From Penicillus capitatus (Eukaryota > Plantae > Chlorophyta): DNA of 64,000 nt. Position numbers and translations under genes: made by a program. Where the stretch lies: positions 434,001 to 498,000 of the forward strand of contig OZ287702.1 in NCBI GenBank assembly GCA_965649825.1. Direction: 5' to 3'. The notes beneath the pieces are model-generated. The model made no database searches. It was not told the origin of the DNA and saw only the letters and a program-made list of their open reading frames with translations. Positions 24,749 through 38,001 of the stretch are shown here, one piece after another. How positions within the stretch are numbered: position 1 is the first letter of the stretch; each line of letters starts with the position of its first letter.

Positions 24749-25914
24749 TCAGGTGAGAAAACTGCGTCCGAGTTCCTTGTTGATGCCATCTCTCATGTCT
24801 TCATAGGAATCGTACCCTGTGATCGGTTTAAGGACGGACTGCCATTTGGCATCGAACCCAGCGAGAATTTCAGGAGAAAGGTATTTTTTGTGGACGTCCA
24901 TTTTGCCTTCCCGGAACTTCAGTGTCGCATCTGAACATTTACCCACCACGCCTGCGTGCTTATTCAGGCCGAGTGCTGCATTCCTGCTCTCCTTGACAGC
25001 ATGCGCATTGAACTGACTACCGTGAGTCTTCATGAAGTCGAAACCCGCCTACAAAACATGCTTTCTATAAAGGATATTTAATTTCTCAGTTACTTGGCGC
25101 TCCACGAGGTTTAAGAGCTCCTCGTTGCCCACACCGATGTTCAGGAAATCCGAGACGAGTCGAATACACTTCGTGAGATCTTCTTTGACATCTTCATAGT
25201 GCAACCACAGTACATTAGCATCGTTGCGATGCGGATACCAACTGGCTGCTTACACACAACATAACGTAACAAATCGCTCCTGAAGAGTAATACCCAAGTG
25301 TTCGAGCTGAGAAACGATGACAGACTGCTCCCCTACAGACTGCGTATCTTTCAAGACAATCCATTCCATAAACGTTCCTAGGCTCAACGCAGCGCCATCA
25401 AACAGCCAATTCTTAAAGTAATGATAAAGGGATATAGCGGCATCTTTCGGGTTCCTGTAGATAGATGTCATCCATCCAGTCCGATCATCATTGCAGATCA
25501 TCTTGCCTTGTCATTACAATGTATTTTCCTTTGCCTTTCGGACACATCTCGTAGCGAAAATGTGTTTTGTACATCCTCGGATGGTATTTTTGTTCAGCAT
25601 CCAATTCCATCGTCCCGATGTCATAAGCATGTTCCAGGACTGGATACACCTTCATGATATCTTCGAAGTTCATGTCTCCGTTGGAACGCAGCCCATGCAT
25701 AATCTGACGAGGAAAGGATCACGCAAGGGCACTGACTGGCAGCGAACGGCTTGCCTACTTGCATTAGCCACGTCGAGCCCGATTTCGTCATGGCAGCTAA
25801 GATAATGTCGTCTGGGCGAGGTTGAAAATCCAAACCACGTCGCAAGCTTTCTGAACTGTATAACTTTAAGCCGCGGTCTAGAAAAAGCAGCATCTCGGTC
25901 GGCATCTCTTCCAT
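24749..25914 (-). CDS. Cytosolic-type sulfotransferase, copy B
   Basis: FQPRPDDIILAAMTKSGSTWL, PRMYKTH, R|NPKDAAISLY; same four-intron layout as copy A. Confidence 0.9.
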
Positions 25915-26298
25915 TCTTCGTCGCAGAACGATGCCTGTGGCGTTTCCCAGCGTTCAAAACCTGAGGTATTTCGGTACACTTTGATCATGATGATTGAACT
26001 GGTGGTTTGACTTGTCAGTAGAAAGGTAAGCACGTATCTGTGTCTGTGATTGTTTTTGTTACCTGCTATACATGAGTCGTAATGCGACGTAAGCAACGTC
26101 AGGAAGTAGATACTCGGATCCGAATTCTTTCGAAGCCTTACATATCTTGCGAAATCGACTAAAGTCGGATCGACACAATATCAAGAAGAGGATGCTAAAA
26201 CCTTCTTCTGTTCCCGTCTTCTGTTCATAGGAAAACCAATAAAAAACATGAACGTTTGATTGTCACAGGAGAGGGAATGCAAGTGCTGGAAAATCAAC

Positions 26299-27453
26299 TC
26301 AGGTGAGAAAACAGCGTCCGAGTTCCTTGTTGATGCCAGCCCTCATGTCTTCATAGGAATCGTACCCTGTGATCGGTTTAAGGACGGACTGCCATTTGGC
26401 ATCGAAGCTAGCGAGAATTTCAGGAGAGAGGTATTTCTTGCTGATGTTCATTTGGCCTTCACGGATCTTCGACGGTGCATCTGAAGATTTACCTAGCACG
26501 CCGGCGTCCGCCTCCAGACCAATTACTGCATTTCTCGCCTTCTTGACCGTATGCGCATTGAACTGACTTTCATGCGCCTTCATGAATTCGAAAGACGCCT
26601 ACGTAACATGAGAATTATGAAAAGGAAGTCGACAACGCTCGCCTGCCTGGTGTTCCACAAGCTCTAAGAGCTCCTCGTTGCCCACACCGATGTTCAGGAA
26701 ATCCGAAACGAGTCGGATACACTTTGTCAAATTCTCCTTCATGTCTTCATAGTGCAATTACAGAGTATTCGCATCGCAACTATGCGGATACCAACTCGCT
26801 GCTCACAGAAAATATGCTTCAACAAATCGATGTAGAAAACTGCTACCTAAGTGGTCTAGCACAGATAGCCTCGTAGATCGCTCGTCTATGTTTACTGCAC
26901 TCTTCAAGAAGATCCATTCTATAAACGTTTCCAAGCTCAACTCGGCGCTATCAAACAGCCAACCCTTTAAGAAAGAGTACATTGATACAGCGGCATCCTT
27001 TAGATTCCTGCACAAGCATATCTATCATCCATCCAGTCAGATCATCTTGCCTTCTCAGTACAATATATTTTCCCTCTCCTTTCGGACACGCCTCGTAGAG
27101 AAAATGTGTCGTGTACATCCTCGGATGAAATCTCTGTTCGGATTCCAGTTCAGCCCCTTCAACATCGTGGGCAAATTCGATATCTGGACACATTAGCGTG
27201 ATGTCTTCGAAGTTCATATCTCCATTTGAACGCAGCCCGTGCATGATCTGCCGGTGAATTTATGACGCAAGGGGACTGGCAACCAATTTTTTGCCTACTT
27301 GCATTAGCCACGTCGAACCCGATTTCGGCATCGCAGCCAAGATAACATCCTCCGGACGAGACAGAAAATTTTAACCTCGTTGCAGGCTTTCTGAGCTTAT
27401 AATCTTCGTAAGATGTTCTAGGTAACGCAGCACCTTGGTAGGCATTCTTGCAT
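26299..27453 (-). pseudogene. Sulfotransferase copy C, probably disrupted
   Basis: In-frame TAA at 27371-27373 (RG*NFLSRP versus RGLDFQPRP in B) upstream of PKSGSTW, plus a 1-nt deletion between the first two ATGs (atg caa ga atg). Confidence 0.75.
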
Positions 27454-27896
27454 TTTTTACACAAGACAACGCGTAAGGCGTTTTTCGCGATCAGCACCTG
27501 CGAACCACACTGTCGTTGCTGCGGCCGGTTATTGATGTCGGAAAATGACTTCTCGATGGGACTCTGCGAGAGCAGGTCGAGGGAGACAGAGAGAACAGAA
27601 CGAGACACAATTATGAACAACTCTGTCCTTTTACGGACTGTTAAGCGCTATATGTCTCTCGGAATTCTTTCGATCTCAGAGTACAAGCAAGACACCGACA
27701 GACAGTGAAAGCGCGTTGTCGATCGGCTGGCGGAATGATGTTTTGCTGATCTGACAACAGAGGTGGTCGTGTCATGCGTTATCATCCATCATCTTGCCAG
27801 ACGGCACATCGAATCGAGATCTCGGCTTCGTGCGCACCTGTTACATCGAATCACGTTATCACGGATATGTGTTCGGCATTATCTTCGCTGCTTGTT

Positions 27897-30481
27897 TTAG
27901 GAAAGGAGGCTTTTAACTGTGAACGCCATTTCCAGCACTTCCTCGACGCGTAAACGATAACGACTCAGTTCCAGTTGTTGTGCTTTAATCTGAAAGAGTA
28001 TGTGCTGTTGCGTCTTCTCTAACTGTATGGCATGCGACATCTCGCGATCTCGGATCTCTTGCGCGTGTTTCTCTTCGCAGACAGCGAAACGATTCTGCAA
28101 GGACACAATTCTGTTCTCCAGGCGTCTGAAATCTTCTGCTTCCGGAATCTGAGCCGGTCGACGGCGCTCGGTTCTTAGAGTCGCTTCGAGACGGCGGATT
28201 ATTTCCTGCTTTCTTTCCAGCTCCTAAAAGTAGGTCACGCCGCAAAGATGTATTCAAGAGGACCGTCAGATGAGTGGCTGGCTACCTGTTGAAGTGTCGT
28301 CGTGATCTGTTTCCAATGGTGACTTTGTTCGCGTTCGACAGCGTTGCTGGTGTCTTCTATTTCCTTCGTTTGTTGCGCCTTTAAATCGGCAACCTCAGCA
28401 ACGGCATTCCGCCGCTCCTCTTCCGCTACTGTCCATCTACGGAAAGCGCTTCTTGTACGTCGCCGACCTTTTGAGAGCGCATCGAGGTGTCGGACTTGCG
28501 AATCGCGTCCTCGTATGCCGTTCTGAACGAGAAATCCATTCCCTGTTCGTTTGTGCAGACGACGTCGATATCTGTTTGGCAGCTTGTTGACGCTACATTC
28601 ACAGTATCTCTCTAAACCGACATGCGAGATCGATTTAAATTGACAGTAACCGTTTCGGTCTCACTTTTTCTTCGTGGACCTCTTTGAGAAATGTACATTC
28701 GGTTGGCGCTTTGAGAGCAGCGATTTTGTCGGTCTGTTCGGCCACCAAGGCCTCTAATTTCCGGTTCTTTGCAATCTGTTGCTGAAGCAGGGACAGCGCC
28801 GAGCTCTTCGATGATGTGACATCTCGTGTGACATTTGATTTTCTACAAGTGTCGTCTTTCTAGAACAACCAGACCGCCGTTTTCTTTGCGCAGTTTCGTC
28901 CTTACCTGTCGGAGTTGGTTTTTCAGCGCCTTTATTTGTTTTGCATGTTTAAGTTTGAGGAGCCAAATGGCGTCACCTTTTTTCATTGCCTTTTCCCTGT
29001 GCTTTAGATCCGACCACGTCTGCTTCAGTTTCTCATGTCTCTGTCGCAGTGTCCTCAACTCCAGTTCATACGCACGATCGCGTTGCTTGAGCTCTTCTTT
29101 AAGCTCCCGAACCTACCGTGCATGTATTTAAGCTACAAACTACGTCCTCAAGAAATGACGTCTCCTACCGTTTCTTCCAGTTTCTCACGGCACATCTGTT
29201 CTTCCGTCGATTGCTTAGATACCTGGACCAAGGCAGCCACCGAGTCTGGATGTCGAGCAGCAACAGCCTCTTTCAACGATTCGATCTCCTCTTCGAGCTG
29301 CACATTTCGTCTCGCCAGACGACCGTTTGCGTTCTCTAGTCATACACGCACAGTGCATACTGTCGTCGGCGCATACGGCTGTTACTTTGTGCCGTCTTCA
29401 GCTTTTGTCTCAACTGCAGAATCGTCGATGCCTGCTCTTTCGTCCGTCGACTGTGCGTATCGAGAAGCTCCTGATTTTCGGTGTACCAACGAACCTTCTC
29501 TCGATACGTCTCGATCTCCTCTTCGTGCCGTCTCTTCATCGCCTCCATGTCTTTGCGCATCTCCTCCAAAGCGGATTCCTCTCTCTGCGAGAGTAAACAT
29601 GTTTGATAACGACGTCGGCGATGACAGTCGCCCACTTGGATATCTGGAAGATCCACTCCTGCCAGCTTAGCCTCGAGATCCGTCTTCTGCCTACGTAGAG
29701 TGTCAATGCGCTCACGGAGTTCTCCTTCGCGGATGGCAACCGCACGTCGATACTAAACGCAGCAAATGCATATGAGAGAGATGGCATCAGCGAAGTGTAT
29801 TCGAGGAACATCTTGGTGCTTCTTTTCGATGTCCATCACGGTCTGCGTTTTTCTGTCGGCCTCTTGGTCTCGCACCCGCGCTTCGTCTCTTGCTTGTACG
29901 AGCTGTCTCGCGCACCGCAGTTGTTCTCGTTCGAGTTGATCTGTCAGGTGTTGGACTTCGTTCTCCAGCAGCTGAAGAGAAATCCTTGTCGCAGCGCCTT
30001 GGACAGGCACGCACTTTGATCTTCCGTACGGCCTCCTCGTTTTCTGCTTGATACGCACGTATCAACACTTCCTGTTCTGCGATTTGCCGTCTGGAGACTT
30101 CCAACGGGAACACCGTAAGACTGTCGACTTCCGTATCGTGTCCACTTGCCGGCGGCAAGTCAATGTTCTGTGTTTGCGTCGTTTCGCCTACATCAAAAAC
30201 AGATTTCTTCCTTTCCTTCTTTCGGAGTGGTTCAACGCACGACATCCAGAGCTGCTGCAAACATCGGAGGAGGATTCTCCATCGTTGGGCAGAGGACACG
30301 CCGCCACGACGTTTCGAAGTGTCGCGATGTCGACCTCTCTGTTTTCAGCATCTGCTGTCTTCGGTCGATCAGGCAGCGACTCTCGTGATCTGGGCGTCGA
30401 TGGTGCGCTGTACACGACTCTCGACCGCATGGCGTTGACAGGGACACACGCGCTTACGACTACCGTCTGCGACGTTGACAT
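27897..30481 (-). CDS. CEP162: Centrosomal/transition-zone coiled-coil protein CEP162-like
   Basis: QIAEQEVLIRAYQAENEE and KVRWYTENQELLD match CEP162 conserved blocks; multi-exon coiled coil. Start uncertain. Confidence 0.7.
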
Positions 30482-30585
30482 TGACGTGACATCCGGTTAC
30501 GGCATCTTTTTCACCGACGTCGAATGCTTCATTCCGCAGTGCTGCCACAAGGCCGATCGCATTTTACACAACACGTCTCTGATAC

Positions 30586-32704
30586 ATGATGTCTGCATTA
30601 CGTCTGAAGGCATTGCGTCTGCAACGACCCGCTGCCTTTCCGAAGAGGTCTCCGACGGTCGCCCTGCACTGCCGAAGACAGCAACGCTTCCAACGGCGAC
30701 CTCATGAATCCAGAGCCCGTCCTTCGCTTTTACCTTGTTCTGCAAGTCTCGACCTTTCATCCCTCGCCGCTCTCATCGAAGACGTGCTGAGCGACGACTC
30801 CCCGTGGCTCAACGAAGGTCGTTGTCACGACGACTCATGACGTCGCTGTACTCTCGCCTTGCTTAGATCTCGAAACGCTGACACATGAAGATCTCTCATC
30901 GAATCCTGAATTCGAGAGATTTAAGGAACTGTCTGAAGATGGAAATCTCATTCCCCTTTTTCGACGCGTTTTCTCGGATCATCTCACGCCGATCTTGGCC
31001 TATAGGTAATGACCCCCAATGGCTGGCGGTTGTCCCAAGAGGCTCTTTGCCTTGCAGATGCCTTGTGAAACAGGATGACCGTGAGTCTCCGAGTTTTTTG
31101 TTTGAGTCTGTTGTAAATGGCAGTTCAAACGGACGCTTTTCTTTCGTCGGTGCCCGTCCCGCATTGGAAGTGACCGCCATGGGCAACCAAGTGGTCGTGT
31201 TGGATCACGAACACGGAACCCGGACGGTTACAAAGGAAGAGGACCCCATTGAAGTATACCGACCGATCTCTCATAACTGATCTCACACAAATCACACAAT
31301 ACTTTAGGTTCCGATCCGGATCAGTCGACAATGGCGACCTGTCCCAGTCGACAGCCTCCCTGACGTTTTCTCTGGAGGTTGGGTTGGATACGCAGGATAC
31401 GATACGGTTCGGTATGTCTACCCTGAGAAACTCTCGTTCGATGGGGCGCCGGAAGACGACAGAGAATTGCCAGATATGCATTTGGCGTTGTACAATGATG
31501 TCATGATCTTTGATAACGTGGGCAAAGTGGGATACATGGTGTGCTGGACACATACCAATGATTTCCAGTCCATCGAAGAGGCCTACCTTCACGGAGTAGG
31601 TCGACTGAAGGGTCTCTGCAAGCTCATCGCCAAGGTCAATGCTCCACGACTGATCCACGGATACATCGATCTCAAGCTGGCGAGCCATCCCACGCACAGA
31701 GCGGTGTCCAACATGACCAAAGAGGGATTCGTAAATGTACAAAGCGTCGAATTTGGATAACGTGCATGTGACGGCGACGGTCGTTGTCTAGGCGATTGAT
31801 GAGATCAAAGAGCATATTCAAGAGGGTGACATCTTTCAGTTGGTGTACAGTCAGAGATTTGAACGACGGACTTTTGCGGATCCGTTCGAAGTGTACAGAG
31901 CATTGCGTGTGGTGAATCCCTCGCCCTATATGATCTATCTGCAAACGCGAGGTTCCATCCTCGTCGCTTCAAGTCCCGAAATTCTCTGCCGGTCTCTTCC
32001 AAACATGCTCCTGTCTTGTCATGCCGAGCAGCGTTTTGTGTAGAGTGGATAACAATCGCGTCGTCACAAACAGGCCGTTGGCTGGGACGCGTCCCCGAGG
32101 CTCCACGGCCGATCAGGACCGACAGTATCAAGAAGATCTCTTATCGGACGAAAAGGAGAAATCTGAACATATCATGTTGGTGGATCTCGGTCGAAACGAC
32201 GTTGGCAAAGTGTGTGAGGCGGGAACGGTCCAGGTTGAGAAGCTCATGTCCATCGAGCGTTACAGCCATGTGATGCACATCAGCTCCACCGTCACAGGAA
32301 AACTGAAATCCGAACTGGACTGCTGGGATGCGTTGCGTGCTGCTCTGCCGGCCGGTACGATCAGCGGCGCCCCAAAAGTCCGTGCGATGCAGATCATCGA
32401 CGAACTGGAGACGAACAAACGTGGCCCCTATGGAGGAGGCATCGGCCACATTTCTTTCACAGGCGCCGTTGATATGGCCCTTGCCCTGCGCACAATGATC
32501 GTACCCTCTGCCCCTTCCGACGTCCTGTACAAGTACAAAGGCGCACAGACTCGGCGCGAATGGGTCTTCCACATTCAATCGGGAGCAGGGATCGTTGCAG
32601 ATTCGGATCCGGAGAAAGAATACGAAGAGACATTGAACAAGGCGGCAGGTCTCGGCCGTGCCATTGATTTGGCAGAAAGGGCATTTTTGAATTCGGATGA
32701 TTGA
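30586..32704 (+). CDS. ASA1: Anthranilate synthase alpha subunit, plastid-targeted
   Basis: Transit peptide MMSALRLKALRLQRPAAF; GNLIPLFRRVFSDHLTPILAYR|CLVK, GDIFQLVYSQRF, NPSPYM, RPLAGTRPRG, EHIMLVDLGRND, LPAGTISGAPK, GAGIVADS; five GT-AG introns. Confidence 0.95.
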
Positions 32705-32803
32705 AAGAGACATCGTCGGTGTTGTTAGTGATGTAACAGTATGCCCAAACGGCCTCATCAAGATTTTGAACGAATGCAGGGTTTAACGGTAAGACCAGTC
32801 AGT

Positions 32804-34594
32804 CTACGATGATGAACGTCCCGGCGACGAATCTCTTTTTCTTGTCATATGTCGCTTCTCTTCTACAGGCGAGATCTTTTGGATCATCGATGAGACATCT
32901 ATTGGTGAAGACATGCGTTCAGCAATATTGTTGTGCTGTCTATTTTCTGCATCGGATGACGATGGTGATGACGGTTGGATTAACGTTTCGGCATCGGCAT
33001 CGACCATGCTCATTGTCTGGAGCTCCTCTTCTGGCAGAAGCGCCGATGGGTGATCCACTTGACCCACGGCATCTCTAGAGTACTCCACAATCAGCTTCTT
33101 CTCGGCCACTTCCCCTCCATTGCGCTGCACGCAGTCCACGAGGTCCAGAAAGAACTGGTGCCTTAACGACATGAAGGCATCTCTATTGGTTGCCTCTAGA
33201 TAAAATGAAATGTAGATGCTTATATATTCTCGATTGATCTCATCGAGAAAAGCTCTCTTATGCAGTTTCTGCAGCACTCTCGCATCTTGTCGAATGATGC
33301 GACGCATATCAGAAACAATGGCCTCCACTTTATCCAGATCTTTCAGACGCACATGAATGAACTCAAAAAAACGCCATTCACGTCCCTTGCGTGTGACATT
33401 GAGCACGACGGTGCGCGAAAAGAGTGAGTTGGGAATGACGTAGACTTCTCTTTCGAAATCGCGCACCACGGTGCGATACCAACCGACATCTTGGACGATG
33501 CCCTCGACTCTCTTCTCTTCCAAGGAGAAGAGCACGACCTCGTCGCCGACATCGAATGCGCGCGATCCCATAATGAGCAATCCGCTGAAGAGATTCTCAA
33601 AAATCTCACGGCCGGCCAAACCGATGGCCAGACCTCCCACTCCTCCAATAGCCAGCACGGAGTTGACATCGAGTCCCAGCGACTGGAGTCCCATAATGGA
33701 GGCCACGATGAAGATCCCCACCGTCAGTAGTTTGTCAATCGCATCAATGCGATGCTGCTCTGTCGTCTTACCTTCCAATTCCATTCTCCATTTGGCTTCT
33801 CTGAAAATACGTCCCTTCATGTTATGCACCACTCGAGCTGTCGCCATCACGAAGGTGAGCGACACGATCGATCGCACCACCACGGCGATGACGCTGCGAG
33901 GCATGGACAGCAACGGAGGCAGAAGACTCTCTGACAGTGCTGCCAATGCAGCCACCACCAGCAGCAGCTCCAATGGACTGTACATCTCCCGTAACAGGTA
34001 GCACTCGATAGAGCTCTCCCACGATGTTCGTATCCCAAGAAATTCACGGATCGCACGGATCAACGGAGTCAGTCCCGAACGGACAAAGATCATGGAGCCG
34101 ATAATGGCCAGCACTTGACGGGCGAGATCGGACCGTATGAACTTGCGCAAGACTTTGATGACAGAGAATTTGAATCCCATGTTCGTCACGAGAAAGACGG
34201 TCATGACGGAGAAGACGATTCCCATGAACAGCGTCGTGGATACCAGGGCGACGAATTGGCGCGTGCTCTCGAGAGAGGTAGAAGGACGAGATGGCACGGC
34301 ATTGGCATCTGGACCAACAGGGTCGCCGCCCGTCCTGCTGCTTTCGACTTCAACGTCGTTTTCTTCACCCGCTGCAGCGAAGCGCCGCCACACAGGGCGT
34401 TGCGTCTCGCCTGAGTATCGTCTTTCGTTTCGCTTGAGTCCCGGTTTCGTCAGCGAGGTCACGGCGCTTCGGCAGAAGGGACGGCGGCGATGGGGAGAAG
34501 GGGAGAGGAATAGAATCGAACGTCGCAGAGGCTGCTGGTGCGAATAGATATCTCCCTGACGTGTACACGTGACTCGCAGCACAATGCTGTTCAT
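32804..34594 (-). CDS. Plastid MscS-like mechanosensitive channel (MSL2/3 type), apparently intronless
   Basis: Transit-like N-terminus from MNSIVLR; VLAIGGVGGLAIGLAGREIFENLFSG, FDVGDEV, EGIVQDVGWYRTVVR, IPNSLF. Confidence 0.9.
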   Translation of the reverse strand: MNSIVLRVTCTRQGDIYSHQQPLRRSILFLSPSPHRRRPFCRSAVTSLTKPGLKRNERRYSGETQRPVWRRFAAAGEENDVEVESSRTGGDPVGPDANAVPSRPSTSLESTRQFVALVSTTLFMGIVFSVMTVFLVTNMGFKFSVIKVLRKFIRSDLARQVLAIIGSMIFVRSGLTPLIRAIREFLGIRTSWESSIECYLLREMYSPLELLLVVAALAALSESLLPPLLSMPRSVIAVVVRSIVSLTFVMATARVVHNMKGRIFREAKWRMELEGKTTEQHRIDAIDKLLTVGIFIVASIMGLQSLGLDVNSVLAIGGVGGLAIGLAGREIFENLFSGLLIMGSRAFDVGDEVVLFSLEEKRVEGIVQDVGWYRTVVRDFEREVYVIPNSLFSRTVVLNVTRKGREWRFFEFIHVRLKDLDKVEAIVSDMRRIIRQDARVLQKLHKRAFLDEINREYISIYISFYLEATNRDAFMSLRHQFFLDLVDCVQRNGGEVAEKKLIVEYSRDAVGQVDHPSALLPEEELQTMSMVDADAETLIQPSSPSSSDAENRQHNNIAERMSSPIDVSSMIQKISPVEEKRHMTRKRDSSPGRSSS

Positions 34595-35699
34595 TCCGCT
34601 CGGCGCAGCGTCTTTGCCTTCTGCCGTACGCGATCGCGATGGACATGACGTCCGACGACGACATTCCGCACACAGCGACAACAACAGCCAAAGGAGTGAC
34701 GATTCGCGAAAAGCGATGTCCTTATTCTCGTCTACTATGCCGAGCGAAGATTCTACCATTGAAATCGATCTCTCTTGAAAAAATGGAAGAGATAGAACAG
34801 AGATGGATTCGAGCCATCCGTCTAGAAACATCGAGACCCGAAAGTCGAGTTCCACGTCCAGGAACATCTCATGATCGAGGCAACTGAACAATGGCCTTAT
34901 CTAAACGCCTTGCCTCATTACAATCGAAATGTACGTCTCTTGTAATCTCGTCGGGCAAGCGTTGATGGAATCGTACGCAAAAAGAGTAAAGAGTAGGCGC
35001 AACACGTTTCACAGGGTTTCACTTGTGCGTGTGTTCGTGATGTGACGTCACTTGAGTCAGCACTCACCTCTGCCATTGCTCAAGTGTTGCAGAACAACGG
35101 CGGCAATAGACAAACCACGACAGACAACAACACTAAATGAAATGTTCACCAAAAATCACTGGGTCGGAGAGTGCATGCACCATCCAATGAAATCGCCTGA
35201 GTTCAGGATAGTGTACAGCCTCGGGAACGAAGAACCCTCTCCTAATGCTTATTGGAAAATACGATCGATCAGCACTGTCAAAGGTCAGTTTGCAGATTGA
35301 TAATGCCCATAGAGAATGGCCATGACCTCTAGTCGTGGGCAACTGCATGCAGTCAGATCAACAGAAGAGAAACAGCAAGAATCGAGAAACGCAGACAGCC
35401 ATAGAGAAGTAAGAGAGAAGACACACAGACAGATCTAGTCCACTGTCGGTCGGTCGTACGGTCTGTCATATACGGTTGTTTAGGCGTACCAATTCCAAAA
35501 AGATGTAACTGGTATGCTGCCATGTCATCCATAATCTCAAGCAAAAACAACGTTCTTTGAGATATGGAGTTAAAAGGACTGCAAAAAGAGAAGAGGAAAT
35601 AAGCTAACACCATCCTGCATTCCATCCAGTCAATAACTGCTGCTTCCTGCGCAATCACACAGATGCACGTGAAGCTGTCAGCACGGTGTCCCAAGATTT

Positions 35700-36722
35700 C
35701 TACCTTTCCCTAATAGCCGCCTGGTTCCCATGGATGTGCACAGGTACAGACCGTCCAAATGGTTCAGTGGTCTCCACGGAAGGAGCGGCAGGTTTTTGAA
35801 TGGCAATGTCCATAGACTGACGCGGTTGCCATTTGCTCAGAAGACTGTGCATTCTCCTCCAGGGAGGCAGCGGCGTCTCTGTGCTCTTGAAGCTATTCGC
35901 CATTTCCTCGCACAAAAGCTAAAGCAACACACACGGTCACACTTTTCTTCCTCTCGGCAGACGCACTTCGACAATCGGTGCAATATGGTCTTCATGAATG
36001 ACCAAGGGAGAAGGTATCGATTCTAGTATGTGGCGATAAGATGGTGTGGGATGGAGGATATCAAACTGATCCCGAAACTTTGGATCCACGATGAACACGT
36101 CTGAAGTTCCAGATGGAGAGCAGCGCACGAAACGATGATTCAGATTTCGCATGCTCTCTGCTCCCGTGCCCCCTCCAACAGAGCGTCGAATATTGACGGT
36201 ATATCCCAGAGATTTCAAATCGGCGGCTAATGAAGAGGCATCATAATCGCAGACGTTGAACGGTAGTCCTACACGGCGATTGCTGTGTTTCAGAGCCAGA
36301 AACTGGACGTCGTTTTGCACCTAGACAACACCGTTCGCTCCAGGTCATTGAACATGCAGGACAGAGAGACGACCTGTTTCTCAGTTGGCGACTGAGGGGT
36401 GAGCAATGCCTCCAGGCGTTGAAGAACGACAGATTTCTCTTCCGTGACGTACAAGTCTTCCTCCCCTTCGCCGAGCTACACACAGCATGGGTGTCTCGGA
36501 AATATCGACCCGTCTCGGCGGTGCGACCTCGAGCTCAAAGAGTGCGCTCGAAATACGAGGTATGGCATGTTGTTCTCTGAGGGCAGAGACAGGAGGTCGA
36601 CTCGCGACGTGAAAACTCCGTTCCTTGGTCAAGTCGGTTAGACAAGAACCCGGTCCGCGACACCCGAACCCGGAACCCGGCTTCGACTCATAGATAGCGA
36701 GTTTCCGTACACCAGCAGCCAT
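35700..36722 (-). CDS. DUF506 (PDDEXK-like) family protein
   Basis: FIVDPKFRDQFDILHPTPSYRHIL and SFKSTETPLPPWRRMHSLLSKW; at least three introns. Confidence 0.85.
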
Positions 36723-36935
36723 GTAAGCGCAAAGCGTATGTGAATAACGAATGTCTTAAATCTTGCCTCGAATATGATACGTTCTTGCCAGTGCGCTGAC
36801 AATATGATGACGCGGCTTGCTGACCATGGCACGAGATGAGACACCGAACAGGGTTTATTAAACAAACTCGACGCCTGGCAGTGTAGCATCGTTTAAACAG
36901 CTTTGCTGTGGCTGCTGTAGTTCAGACTGGATATT

Positions 36936-37253
36936 ATGTCGACACCTTTTGCGAGACCATCGCCGTTTGAGAATCGAGAATCGATGGAGACGGTGTGGAG
37001 AAAAACGACAGCGATAGACAAAGAAGTCTTGGAGAGTGAGATGACGACCGTTGACATGGGTCACCCTTTACCCCACACGTGTGCTGTAGACGTACTGAAA
37101 AAGGAAGAAAGACGCATGCCCCTTCCACCAGGAGCTGACCCCAATGCCGACTGGATATGTATGCCAACGAGTTTCGGCTCTTCTGGTGAAGACCTCTTCA
37201 AACCCTTCTGGTATCGTTATGACCCCGATAACCAAAGCAAACAGGAAAACTGA
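36936..37253 (+). CDS. Hypothetical 105-aa protein
   Basis: Clean ATG-to-TGA ORF divergent from DUF506, protein-like composition; no family recognised. Confidence 0.5.
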   Translation: MSTPFARPSPFENRESMETVWRKTTAIDKEVLESEMTTVDMGHPLPHTCAVDVLKKEERRMPLPPGADPNADWICMPTSFGSSGEDLFKPFWYRYDPDNQSKQEN

Positions 37254-38001
37254 CCCGTCTGAGCAGCCATGATGCTTTCTTGACCCGTTGTCTCTTGATC
37301 ATCTCTGATTATGCCACCACGGCAGTTTGATCTATTTGTTCTTTCCCTCAGGACACCTTTGCGGGATTTTAGCGTGGGGACCTTCTCATTTCATTCGCAG
37401 TATCTATGGTTCTTTTTTCGTTTGTCCAATGGTTTATCATTAGCATGAAGAATACAAGCCTTCTTTGAACTTGAGGCAACATCCGCGATCGATGTTCCCT
37501 ATTGAACGGAGAACTCGAGGAATAAATGACGGGTCTATCAACTGTATAGTAACTTTGTTGAGAGCCGGCAATAAAGATGCAAACCAAAACGAACTAACAA
37601 CTGAACATGGCAGTCAGTACCCATGATGGACGAATACTTTGGTTTTGCAGTTAGAATGCGTGGAGCTGAGCTTCGTTTAAATCGACAGCAACTGAGCCTC
37701 TTTGTCGAGACGCACTCGTTTTGGCAACAGGTCGTCTCTAGACACCTGCCTCGTAGCGACGCGATCGTTCAGCTTTTTTCGTAGAAACCGCCCGCGGTTC
37801 GTTTCTGCATCGAATGAATCCATTTATCCATGTGGTCTCGCCTCGCGCAGGTTTGCCGGAACCTCGGCTGTCAAAACGTACAGCCCTGACTGCATCAAGC
37901 TTGGCACGAACACGACACGCATCTCGCTTTCCCGTAGAACGCGACACGGTGGACAGCACTGTCGTCGACGGACGTTCTCAAACACAGGTGGTCTCCGCAT
38001 C

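Noticed and set aside
27448-27708. Small plus-strand ORF between sulfotransferase C and CEP162
   Set aside because: It has no recognisable motif, overlaps the sulfotransferase promoter and the CEP162 3' region, and its length is consistent with a chance ORF.
34595-34891. 5' extension of the MscS ORF to 34891
   Set aside because: The extension is not protein-like for this family. The transit-like sequence starts at ATG 34594, so the extension is likely open UTR.
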